The notes under the pieces are model-generated. The model was not told the DNA's origin. It was given only the letters and a program-made list of their open reading frames with translations, and made no database searches. Shown one piece after another: positions 1 to 7,855 of a stretch of 32,000 bases of DNA; positions within the stretch are counted from its first letter, which is position 1, and every line of letters starts with the position of its first letter. The DNA lies in NCBI GenBank assembly GCA_029269845.2, contig CP149973.1:1440001-1472000 (forward strand). The letters are read 5' to 3'. The stretch comes from Opitutia bacterium KCR 482. Lineage in GTDB: Bacteria > Verrucomicrobiota > Verrucomicrobiia > Opitutales > Intestinicryptomonadaceae. Position numbers and translations under genes: made by a program.

Positions 1-1417
1 GGTAGCGTATGAACGACGGCTGTTTCGATTTAATCGAAGTCCAAAGCATGTCGGTAAGTTCGTCCTCGTCTTTGGGCTGCATGACAACCGCGTTCGGGAG
101 CGGGCGCAGGTAGGAGATGTCGAAAACGCCGTGGTGCGTCGCGCCGTCGTTGGGGCTAAGCCCCGCGCGGTCGAGGCAGAACACGACGGGCAGTTTTTGC
201 AGGCAGACGTCGTGCATGGCGCAGTCGTAGGCGCGTTGCATGAACGTTGAATATATTGCCGTGACGGGCGTAAAGCCCTCGCATGCCATGCCCGCCGCGA
301 AAACCGCCGCGTGCTCTTCGGCAATGCCGACGTCGAAAAACTGTTTCGGCAGCTCTTTCTTGATGTACGAAAGCCCCGTGCCCGACGCCATTGCCGCGGT
401 GATTCCCACAATGCGCTCGTCTTTCTTTGCGAAGCGCAGCAATGCCTGTCCCATGGCGTCCTGATAGTTCGGAACGGACTTGTCGGCGTTGAGCGTTTCG
501 CCCGTTATTACGTTGTAGGGCGACGCTCCGTGGAACTTTTCGGGGTTGCGCACGGCGACTTCCAAGCCCTTGCCCTTTTTCGTGATGACGTGCAGAAGAA
601 TCGGGCGCGTTGCGCGTTTGCAATAGTTGAGGTAGCGTTCGAGAAGCGGAATGTCGTGCCCGTCGATAGGCCCGAGGTACATCAGCCCGAAATATTCGAA
701 GAACGGAGACGGCACAAACCAGCCCTTTGCGTCGCGGGCGGTGTTTTCGGTCATCTTGATAACCGTTTCGCCGAAGGGGAGCTTTTTGAGGAACGAGTTC
801 ATGTCGGAATACAGCCTGTTGCAGGCGGGATTCGTTATTACCTCGTTCAAATACTGCGCGATTGCCCCGACGTTCTTTGCGATGGACATTTCGTTGTCGT
901 TTAGCACCACAATCATTTTTTTCGTGGTGGAGGCAATGTTGTTGAACGCCTCGAACGTGACGCCGTTTGTGAGGGCGGCGTCGCCCAAAACCGCTATGAC
1001 GTTTTCGTCGCCGCCGAGCCTGTCGCGCGCCGCCGCAAAGCCGAGCGCCGCCGAGGCCGCCGTGCCCGCATGTCCCGCGCCGAACGCGTCGTGCTCCGAC
1101 TCAAACCTGTTGCAGAAGCCGCTTATGCCGCCCGTCTGGCGCAGGTTCTGGAATTTTTCGTTATTGCGCCCCGTCAGGAGCTTGTGCGTGTAGCATTGGT
1201 GCGAAACGTCGAAAAGGATTTTGTCTTTCGGGGTGTCGAACACGCGGTGGAGCGCAATGGAAAGCTCCACAATGCCCAAGTTCGGGCTGACATGCCCGCC
1301 TTTTTGCGAGGTAACGTCTATGATTTCCTGCCTGATTTCGCGGGCGAGTTCGGGGAGCTGATCTGGGGGCAGTTTTTTCAGGTCGGCGGGAGATGAAATT
1401 TCGCTAAGCAATGACAT
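1..1417 (-). CDS. dxs: 1-deoxy-D-xylulose-5-phosphate synthase (N-terminal ~472 codons; C-terminus lies beyond the left edge)
   Basis: Absent from the ORF track because it has no stop in the window. Manual minus-strand translation from the ATG at 1417..1415 reads MSLLSEISSPADLKKLPPDQLPELAREIRQEIIDVTSQKGGHVSPNLGIVELSIALHRVFDTPKDKILFDVSHQCYTHKLLTGR...AVLGDAALTNGVTFEAFNNI...DRAGLSPNDGATHHGVFDISYLRPLPNAVVMQPKDEDEL. It is colinear with DXS, including the TPP-binding GDG-type block, and is open to position 1. Confidence 0.9.
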   Translation of the reverse strand, partial: MSLLSEISSPADLKKLPPDQLPELAREIRQEIIDVTSQKGGHVSPNLGIVELSIALHRVFDTPKDKILFDVSHQCYTHKLLTGRNNEKFQNLRQTGGISGFCNRFESEHDAFGAGHAGTAASAALGFAAARDRLGGDENVIAVLGDAALTNGVTFEAFNNIASTTKKMIVVLNDNEMSIAKNVGAIAQYLNEVITNPACNRLYSDMNSFLKKLPFGETVIKMTENTARDAKGWFVPSPFFEYFGLMYLGPIDGHDIPLLERYLNYCKRATRPILLHVITKKGKGLEVAVRNPEKFHGASPYNVITGETLNADKSVPNYQDAMGQALLRFAKKDERIVGITAAMASGTGLSYIKKELPKQFFDVGIAEEHAAVFAAGMACEGFTPVTAIYSTFMQRAYDCAMHDVCLQKLPVVFCLDRAGLSPNDGATHHGVFDISYLRPLPNAVVMQPKDEDELTDMLWTSIKSKQPSFIRY

Positions 1418-1451
1418 TTTCGAAAGGAATTGTTGTTTGCCGAATTTGCGG

Positions 1452-1688
1452 TTAATCGCGTTCGAGGACGAAATCCTCGGCGGAATCGCCCGAAAGTTTT
1501 TTTATGGAAAGCTCGGCGTCGTCGAGCTTTTTGCGGCAGAAGTCGAGGCATTCCTTGGCGCGGCCGTATTTTTCCACAAGGTCGGAAAGCGGAATCTGCG
1601 GATTTTCCAGTTGCGCCAGAATATCGCCGAGTTCTTTCAGTGAAGCCTCGAACGAGACTTCCGATTTCGAATTTAACTTTGCTGCCAT
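1452..1688 (-). CDS. xseB: exodeoxyribonuclease VII small subunit
   Basis: The track ORF 1452..1703 starts at a GTG. The ATG at 1688 gives MAAKLNSKSEVSFEASLKELGDILAQLENPQIPLSDLVEKYGRAKECLDFCRKKLDDAELSIKKL, which fits the XseB helical-hairpin pattern. It lies 34 nt upstream of dxs, as in the classical xseB-ispA-dxs cluster, but ispA is absent here. Confidence 0.8.
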   Translation of the reverse strand: MAAKLNSKSEVSFEASLKELGDILAQLENPQIPLSDLVEKYGRAKECLDFCRKKLDDAELSIKKLSGDSAEDFVLERD

Positions 1689-1900
1689 TATCACAAGTTT
1701 CACATTAAATATTGCAATTTACAAGGCAAAAAAGAATGCAAAATCCTCCCCTAAAATCGGCAAACGCAGAACAAACGCTCGAAATTACGTGTCCAATCAA
1801 AGCGGAACGGGGCGAGGGTCGAAAATTTTTGCGAATAAAAAGCTCGACATTTTCGATAATATCTACACTGTGGGGATTTACAGATACTATGCCCCTTTCG

Positions 1901-1923
1901 TTCGCCGAAAGGATATCGGCGAA
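1901..1923 (+). promoter_or_regulatory. perfect 8-bp stem / 7-nt loop hairpin in the leader of the phosphorylase-family gene
   Basis: TTCGCCGA-aaggata-TCGGCGAA ends 34 nt upstream of the ATG at 1957. No T-run follows, so it is not a terminator. Its function is unknown. Confidence 0.25.
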
Positions 1924-1956
1924 CAGAGAACTTGTATTTCAAGGAGAATCAATAAC

Positions 1957-3291
1957 ATGGCAACAAAGAGAACGACAGGCAAAGCTCCCCTCAAACCCTC
2001 CTACGCGTATCTTATAGAGAAAAAGCGCGACGGGCACGAATTTACGGAAGACGAAGTTCGCAATATCGTAGACTCGATTCTCGACGACGAAATGCCCGAC
2101 TTCCAAATGGCGGCGCTCATCATGGCGATTTTCTTCAAGGACATGGCGGCGCAGGAAACCGCCGTCTTTGCCGACGAAATGATTCTCACCGGCGAAACGA
2201 TTGAACTTTCCGACATCTCGCGCCCGAAAGTCGCAAAATACTCGACGGGCGGCGTGGGCGACAAAACCTCGCTGATTCTCTCGGCAATCGGCGCGGCGTG
2301 CGGCGTGGTTGTCCCCGGAATGTCGAGCGCGGACGAAGACTTCGTAATCACAGTCCACAACAAACTTTCGTCCATTCCAGGCCTTAAAACAAAACTGCCG
2401 CTCGACGCGTTCCATAAACAGCTCGCAACAGTGGGCTGCGCAATCTGCGAACATGACGACTCTATCGCGCCGGTAGACGCAAAAATCTTCAAAATGCGCC
2501 ACGACACCGCGACTATCCCCAGCTTGCCGCTTATCACCGCAAGCGTGCTCAGCAAAAAATTCGCGGTAGGCTCCGACGGTCTCGTGGTCGATGTAAAGTG
2601 GGGCAACGGCTCTTTCCTGCGCGACATCGAGCAGGCAAAACAGCTCGCCCGCACAATCACGCGCGTAGCCCGCGTAATGAAACACAGGTGCGTAGCCCTC
2701 GTAACCGACATGAACCAGCCGCTCGGCAACTGCGTCGGAATGGGCTTGGAAGTCATGGAGGCTCTCGAATTTTTGCGCGGCGGCGGCTCGGAAGACATGA
2801 AGGATTTGGTTCTCAAATTGGGAATGGAAATCCTGAGACTTGCGGGCGTTGCCGGCTCTACGCTTTCGGCGAAACAGTCGGTCGAACGCGTCATCGAAGA
2901 CGGCTCTGCATATAAGAAACTGCTCGAAATGGTTAAGGCGCAGGGCGGCTCGGCGTCGTGGCTCGAAGACCCGACAAAATACCCCATGCCCAAACACACG
3001 CGCAAACTTCCCGCTCCGAAGCGCGGATATGTCCACAATATCAACGCGGGGCAAATAGCGCGCGGCGTGCAAATTCTTTCGACAATGAAAAACGGCAAGA
3101 CCGACCCTTACGTCGGCGTAACCGAAATCAAGAAAGTTGGCACACAGGTGAAACAGGGCGAACCCCTGCTCGTCATTCATTACAACGACGAAACGAACCT
3201 CGACGCGGCGATGGACTATTTCAGAAACGCATACAGACTTGCGCCGCGCCGACCCACCCCGCCTCCGATTGTGGTCGAACGCGTCGCATAA
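1957..3291 (+). CDS. thymidine / pyrimidine-nucleoside phosphorylase family protein, divergent active-site loop
   Basis: This is the in-frame portion of track ORF 1504..3291. The ATG at 1957 is preceded by AAGGAGA at 1941..1947. The upstream part of the ORF overlaps xseB and looks like non-coding translation. The 444-aa product is colinear with DeoA/Pdp (KKRDGHEF, KYSTGGVGDKTSL, RHDTATIPSLPLITASVLSKK, VVDVKWGNGSF, TDMNQPLG). See the finding on the replaced glycine-rich loop. Confidence 0.85.
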   Translation: MATKRTTGKAPLKPSYAYLIEKKRDGHEFTEDEVRNIVDSILDDEMPDFQMAALIMAIFFKDMAAQETAVFADEMILTGETIELSDISRPKVAKYSTGGVGDKTSLILSAIGAACGVVVPGMSSADEDFVITVHNKLSSIPGLKTKLPLDAFHKQLATVGCAICEHDDSIAPVDAKIFKMRHDTATIPSLPLITASVLSKKFAVGSDGLVVDVKWGNGSFLRDIEQAKQLARTITRVARVMKHRCVALVTDMNQPLGNCVGMGLEVMEALEFLRGGGSEDMKDLVLKLGMEILRLAGVAGSTLSAKQSVERVIEDGSAYKKLLEMVKAQGGSASWLEDPTKYPMPKHTRKLPAPKRGYVHNINAGQIARGVQILSTMKNGKTDPYVGVTEIKKVGTQVKQGEPLLVIHYNDETNLDAAMDYFRNAYRLAPRRPTPPPIVVERVA

Positions 3292-3310
3292 ACGAACATG
3301 TTTTGAGAGA

Positions 3311-3338
3311 GAAGCCCGACTTCCGTCGGGCTTTTTTG
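3311..3338 (+). terminator. rho-independent terminator after the phosphorylase-family gene
   Basis: AAGCCCGAC-ttcc-GTCGGGCTT followed by a T-run. Confidence 0.7.
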
Positions 3339-3540
3339 CGAACGGGACAAGCAAGTGCCGCAAGGGGATAAACACAGATAAACTCAACCAACGGCTATCA
3401 TGCGAATAAACAAGAGGATATGAGGAGCTTGCGGGGCGGGCTGCGAATCGGCAAATAAAAAAACGCATAATTTTTGAAAAAAAAGCTTGCAAGGAGACCT
3501 AAAATACCTACCTTTGAAAACATCATAATTCTTTGGAGAA

Positions 3541-3618
3541 GTCCCTATCGTCTAGCCCGGTCTAGGACATTGGATTTTCATTCCAAGAACCGGGGTTCGA
3601 ATCCCCGTGGGGACGCCA
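3541..3618 (+). tRNA. tRNA-Glu (anticodon UUC), CCA encoded
   Basis: The acceptor stem GTCCCTA pairs with TGGGGAC (one G-U pair). The anticodon stem-loop is TTGGA-TTTTCAT-TCCAA, with TTC at positions 34-36. The T-arm GGGGTTCGAATCCCC is present, and the molecule ends with discriminator G plus CCA. The overall sequence resembles bacterial tRNA-Glu. Confidence 0.9.
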
Positions 3619-3631
3619 GAGGGTGATGAGA

Positions 3632-3660
3632 AAAAGCCGCGCGAAAGCGCGGTTTTTTTG
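3632..3660 (+). terminator. rho-independent terminator after tRNA-Glu
   Basis: CCGCGC-gaaa-GCGCGG followed by T7. Confidence 0.7.
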
Positions 3661-3855
3661 TGCCCGTTGAAGGCGGGCACAAAAACCAAACCGAACGGCG
3701 GAGCGCGGGGAAAGAATTTTTGCGAAGCAAAAACCCGCAGGGCAAGCGAAGCGCAGTTCAATTCACCGCCGCGAATTTGTTTTTTTTGTCTGCCGCTCAT
3801 TAAAACTTGAAAAGCGTCGGTTCGTTTTTGCATCATTATATCAAATAAAATCCCT

Positions 3856-4407
3856 ATGAAAAATATTGACGCGCAAGGTTTGGAGAACGCCAAAAGGCTA
3901 TTCGAGTCGGGCGAAATTGATAAGTGCGAAATCGGCACTACAAAGGGCTTGCAACAAGTTCACGAGCAGCTTTTCGGCGGGCTTTACGACTTTGCGGGGC
4001 AAATCAGAACCAAAAATATTTCAAAGGGAACGTTCAGGTTCGTCAACGCGCTATATTTAAAAGAGGCTTTGGCGAAAATAGAGCAAATGTCCGAAACCTC
4101 CTACGAGGACATCATCGCGAAATACGTTGAAATGAATATCGCCCACCCTTTTATGGAGGGCAATGGACGTTCAATGCGCATCTGGCTTGATATGATGCTA
4201 AAACGCGCCCTTGCGAAAGTTGTCGTTTGGCAGCGCGTAGACAAAGAGCAATATTTGCAGGCAATGGAGCGCAGCCCGATAAACGACTTGGAATTGCGTT
4301 TTTTATTGCAGCCGAACTTGACGAGCAAAACCGCCAACCGCCAAGTAATCTTCAAAGGGCTTGAACAATCCTACTACTACGAGGGCTACAAAAAGCCGAA
4401 GGAATGA
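3856..4407 (+). CDS. fic: class III Fic-domain AMP-transferase (NmFic-like) with a C-terminal auto-inhibitory helix
   Basis: 183 aa. The Fic motif [12 protein letters not shown] matches HxFx(D/E)GNGRxxR. The C-terminal SYYYEG matches the inhibitory (S/T)xxxE(G/N) motif (S172..E176-G177). From memory, the whole sequence is nearly colinear with Neisseria meningitidis NmFic. Hand-counted GC is about 45%. Confidence 0.9.
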   Translation: MKNIDAQGLENAKRLFESGEIDKCEIGTTKGLQQVHEQLFGGLYDFAGQIRTKNISKGTFRFVNALYLKEALAKIEQMSETSYEDIIAKYVEMNIAHPFMEGNGRSMRIWLDMMLKRALAKVVVWQRVDKEQYLQAMERSPINDLELRFLLQPNLTSKTANRQVIFKGLEQSYYYEGYKKPKE

Positions 4408-4913
4408 GCGTTTATCGGTTCTCGCTTTTCGACAAGATAATGGTGGGGCTGCGGTGCGCGAAATCTTAAAATCTATTTGCCTACACCGCCCGATTTGCTG
4501 CATGGAGCGGGTTCTATGCATGGTAGATTGGACGATTGGAATTTCCTTGTGGAAATTTACAGAAGTTTAAATCGTCTACAAGTTCAAGCGCTTCGCGTCC
4601 GTTGGCTTTGAAATTATAGTACACATGCTTGTCGATTGCCGAATCAAGCCCGTACTTTAAATTTTTGCGTAAATACGCAGTTTTTTAAAGTGGAGTTTTT
4701 GGAGGGTTGCGGGAGGCTTTGTTTGTGGAATGGGAAATCGGCGAATTTTTTGGGGGGGCGATGGCGGTGTCGGGGTTGGGATTCGGCTTCCGCAACTTGT
4801 GCTCTGTGGGAAATTTGCTTGCAAAAAAATATTCGGGGCAAAATGACGGTTTCGAAAAGGAGGCGGCGCATTGCCGCTCCCATGCAACACACGCAAATAT
4901 TAAAATTCTATAT

Positions 4914-6021
4914 ATGTTAAAACTCAGAAAACCACTGTTTCTTGCAATGCTAATTTCCGCGGTTTCCGCGTTTGCCGACGTGTCGAATCCGCCCGACGTA
5001 AAGCTCAAAAATCCGCCCGCGCTCGAAAACAAGGACTCGTTTTCGATGATACTTTTCGGCGACCCGCAAACCTACTCCAAGTTCAGTTTCAGTCAGCCGA
5101 TTTTCGAATTGATGACCGCGTGGACTGCCGCGCACAAGGACGCTCTGAACATCAAGGCGGCTCTTTACACCGGCGACCTTGTTGAGCACAACGGCATGTT
5201 GACCAAGTTCAATCCCAAGCAGAAAAGGGAGATCTCGAACGTGCCGTCGGCATTGCAGTGAGAGAGTGTCGCCCGCGCGTTTTCGCGGCTCGACGGCGTT
5301 CTGCCCTACATTCTTTGCACGGGCAACCACGACTACGGTTTTTACTGCTCCGAGAACCGCGGCACCCAGTTTGCAAAATATTTCCCGATAATAAAAAATA
5401 ACTGTTGGCGCGATTTTCTGGTTGAAACCGCTTCCGATTCCCGCGGCGTAATGACTCTCGAAAATGCCGCCTACGAGTTCGACCTGCCCAACTGGGGCAA
5501 GGTGCTTGTCCTTTCCCTAGAATTCGCCCCGCGCGACGAAACTCTCGACTGGGCGACGAAACTCTCGACTGGGCGAAGAAGCTCATGACTTCCGAAAGGT
5601 TCAAGAACCACAAGGTAATTTTGCTCACGCACTCCATTTTGCGCGTTTCCGAAAAGGAGGTTTCTATAGGCTCGCTCCACGCAACTACGCCGAGGCCGTT
5701 CTGAAAAAGCTTGCGGACGACTCCGACAATTTGAAGCTCGTTCTCTGCGGGCACTCAGGCAGACCCGCCAGAATGTCGGGCAACATTGACTACACGAACG
5801 CGAAGGGCAGGAAGATTCCGCTGGTGCTCTTCAACCCGCAGTCCTGCGGCGGTTGGTTCGGCAACGGCGGCGACGGCTGGCTGCGCATCATGGAATTCAT
5901 GCCCGACGGCAAGACGATTTCCATGCGGACCCACTCTCCCCTGTTTGCCGCCTCCGAGCGCACTCAGGATTTGTCGTGGAATCGCGATTCCGACAACGAA
6001 TTCAAGCTTGTGATAGAATAG
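4914..6021 (+). pseudogene. secreted calcineurin-like metallophosphoesterase, disrupted by three lesions
   Basis: Starts with a signal peptide, MLKLRKPLFLAMLISAVSAFAD. The metallophosphoesterase motifs appear in order but across three frames: GDPQ, GDLVEHNG, then an in-frame TGA at 5259..5261, then GNHDY, LLTHS and LCGHSG. A 20-bp tandem duplication at 5535..5574 shifts the frame. A further 1-nt frame change is needed between about 5633 and 5665. The last piece is track ORF 5731..6021. Confidence 0.65.
5535..5574. repeat. perfect 20-bp tandem duplication (GACGAAACTCTCGACTGGGC x2) inside the pseudogene
   Basis: Read directly: 5535..5554 is identical to 5555..5574. The periodicity extends over 5533..5576. 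Twenty is not a multiple of 3, so the duplication breaks the reading frame (DETLDWA is read twice, then out of frame to a TGA at 5586). Confidence 0.95.
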
Positions 6022-6079
6022 TTCGGCGCAGGCGCAAAGGCGCGGGGCGTGGTTCGTTCCCCGCGGTTTGCAAAGTGAA

Positions 6080-6116
6080 AGCGGGCGGGTAATCCGTCCG
6101 CTTTTTGCGTTTTTTT
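6080..6116 (+). terminator. rho-independent terminator, possibly bidirectional (also lies just beyond the ribF stop)
   Basis: AGCGGGCGG-gtaat-CCGTCCGCT (one G-U pair) followed by TTTTTGCGTTTTTTT. Confidence 0.6.
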
Positions 6117-6177
6117 GAAATGGAGTTGCCGCCGATTTTTTTGCGTCCGCTATTGCTGCCGAAAACGGGCTTGCGTG

Positions 6178-7122
6178 TTATTTTGTGTCCGGAGGCAAGC
6201 CGAAGTATTCCGCCGCCGCCGCCCTGTCTTTTGCTATTTGCGATTTCAGTTCGTCGAGCGATGGAAACTTCATTTCGGGGCGCAGGAATTTAAGGAAGTC
6301 GACCGAGATTTTCGTGCCCGCGCCGAAATCGACGTTTTCGAAGAGGTTTGTTTCGAGCACGGGTTCTGGAATGTCGTCGACCGTCGGATTCAGCCCGTAG
6401 TTTGCGACGCCCTTGTAGCTTGCGCCGTTTGCGCGCACTTCCGCCGCATAGACCCCGAACGGCGGCTTGCAGTCGGGATTCCATTTGATATTGAGAGTGG
6501 GGAAGCCTATTGCGCGCCCCAATTTTTTCCCGCCCGCGACTGTTCCCCGCGCCGAGTACGGCCGCCCCGCGATTTCCCCGAACAGTTCGAGATTTCCGCT
6601 TTCGAGCGCGTCGCGCATGAGCGAAGAGCTTTTTCTGCGCCTGTCGGGCAGGTGCTCGCTTTTGACTGCGGCGTATTTCCAGCCGTTTGCCTTTGCGGTT
6701 TCGGCGAGCGTTTTTGCGTCGCCTTTTGCGCCGTGCCCGTAGCGGAAGTTTTCGCCCGTGGCGATTCCCCTAAGCCGGGGGAATTTCGATTTGAGGAAGC
6801 TTCCGAAATCCGCGCAAGTGCGTTCGGCGAAAGGCTTGTCGAAGTTTTTTACGAAGACCGCGTCCGCGCCAGCCTCGGCGAACATTTCCGCGCGTACGCC
6901 GCTCGGAAAGAGCATGCGGACGGGCGGGCGTCCCATATCGACGACTTTCGACGGGTGGGGCGAAAACGTGAGGATTCCGAGTTTTGCGCCGCATTCCTCC
7001 GCCATTTTACGCGCGGCTTCGACCACGCGCATGTGTCCGCCGTGAAGGCCGTCGAACATGCCGATTGCCAGCACGCATGGGTGCGGGTAGTTGCCGATGT
7101 CGTCGAGCAGAACGGCGTTCAT
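6178..7122 (-). CDS. ribF: bifunctional riboflavin kinase / FMN adenylyltransferase
   Basis: 314 aa. The N-terminal nucleotidyltransferase motif AIGMFDGLHGGHMRVV and the C-terminal riboflavin-kinase block GFPTLNI...GVANYGLNPT are present. ATG confirmed at 7122. Confidence 0.9.
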   Translation of the reverse strand: MNAVLLDDIGNYPHPCVLAIGMFDGLHGGHMRVVEAARKMAEECGAKLGILTFSPHPSKVVDMGRPPVRMLFPSGVRAEMFAEAGADAVFVKNFDKPFAERTCADFGSFLKSKFPRLRGIATGENFRYGHGAKGDAKTLAETAKANGWKYAAVKSEHLPDRRRKSSSLMRDALESGNLELFGEIAGRPYSARGTVAGGKKLGRAIGFPTLNIKWNPDCKPPFGVYAAEVRANGASYKGVANYGLNPTVDDIPEPVLETNLFENVDFGAGTKISVDFLKFLRPEMKFPSLDELKSQIAKDRAAAAEYFGLPPDTK

Positions 7123-7126
7123 TTTG

Positions 7127-7855
7127 TCAGAGCGCGAAGCTCGGCACTGCCGACGCCACGGGTATTAGGATTTTCTTTATCGCCGAGGGGCTTAGTTGCG
7201 AAAGCTTTTCTACGGTGATTGCGTTTTCGACGTTGAATTTGTCGCTCGAAATTCTGCGCAGTTGCGTCATGTGCGCCCCGCAGCCGATTTTCTTGCCGAG
7301 GTCGTGGCAGACGGTTCTCACATATGTGCCCTTGCTGCACGCGAGCCTGAACTTCGCCGCGGGCTTGTTCCATTCGAGCAGCTCGAATTTCGAAATGTTG
7401 ATAAAGCGCGGTTCGCGCTGAACCTCCTGCCCCTGTCGGGCGAGTTTGTAGAGCGGGATTCCGTTGAGTTTTTTTGCCGAGAACATCGGGGGCGTCTGGT
7501 ACTGGTCTCCGAGGAACGACGCCATTTGCTCGCGCATGTACGCTTCGTTGACGGATTCGGGCACGGGGAGTTCGGAGACAACTTCGCCCTCCGAGTCCTG
7601 CGAGTTCGTTTCGACGCCGAGCTTCATTTCGCCGTCGTAGACTTTGTCGAGGCTCATTAGGTACTGCGAAACTTTCGTCGCGCGTCCCACGAGGATTACG
7701 AGCAGCCCCGTCGCGAGGGGGTCGAGCGTGCCCGCATGACCCACGCTTCTGATTTTGAGTATGCGCCGCACTTTGTTCACGACGTCGTGCGACGTGCAGC
7801 CCGCGTCTTTGTCGATGAGGAGAATGCCCTCGTATTCAGAACCCGCTTTTTCCAT
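7127..7855 (-). CDS. truB: tRNA pseudouridine(55) synthase
   Basis: 242 aa. GILLIDKDAGCTSHDVVNKVRRILKIRSVGHAGTLDPLATGLLVILVGRATK contains the catalytic Asp motif (GTLDP). The start ATG overlaps the nrnA stop as TAATG. Confidence 0.9.
   Translation of the reverse strand: MEKAGSEYEGILLIDKDAGCTSHDVVNKVRRILKIRSVGHAGTLDPLATGLLVILVGRATKVSQYLMSLDKVYDGEMKLGVETNSQDSEGEVVSELPVPESVNEAYMREQMASFLGDQYQTPPMFSAKKLNGIPLYKLARQGQEVQREPRFINISKFELLEWNKPAAKFRLACSKGTYVRTVCHDLGKKIGCGAHMTQLRRISSDKFNVENAITVEKLSQLSPSAIKKILIPVASAVPSFAL

Noticed and set aside
1504-1956. 5' extension of the phosphorylase-family ORF (track start 1504)
   Set aside because: The extension overlaps xseB on the opposite strand and the AT-rich divergent intergenic region. 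Its translation is not protein-like, and homology begins at the ATG at 1957, which has an AAGGAGA ribosome-binding site.
1939-3492. Long antisense or alternative-frame ORFs opposite real genes (for example 1939..3492, 6115..7218, 7963..8853, 9843..11312, 11847..13016, 13249..14154, 13745..14719, 15473..17101, 16203..17132, 25914..26870, 25964..26857, 26973..28418, 30595..31989)
   Set aside because: Each overlaps a confidently identified gene on the other strand or in another frame. All have low-complexity Arg/Ala/Gly/Pro-rich translations typical of off-frame reading in GC-rich DNA.
3300-3540. Sigma-70-type promoters upstream of tRNA-Glu, fic, the PEP-CTERM genes and pflB
   Set aside because: Several TTGACA-like hexamers exist, but none pairs with a convincing -10 element at 16-18 nt spacing. 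The lineage may use different promoter rules, so no calls were made except a low-confidence one for nusA.
3660-3680. Second hairpin (GTGCCCG-ttgaagg-CGGGCAC) right after the tRNA terminator
   Set aside because: No U-tract follows it on either strand, so it is not a terminator by itself. It is too short to assign a function.
4752-4781. G-rich run (GGGGGGGCGATGGCGGTGTCGGGGTTGGG) as a possible G-quadruplex upstream of the pseudogene
   Set aside because: One loop would be 13 nt, the tract count is marginal, and the context is non-functional. This is not enough to support a call.
5259-5261. In-frame TGA as recoding (selenocysteine, or TGA=Trp/Gly genetic code)
   Set aside because: TGA is used as an ordinary stop by fic (4405..4407), the DUF2156 gene (24544..24546) and miaB (25442..25444). 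The same gene carries two additional frame-breaking lesions, so a nonsense mutation is the simpler reading.
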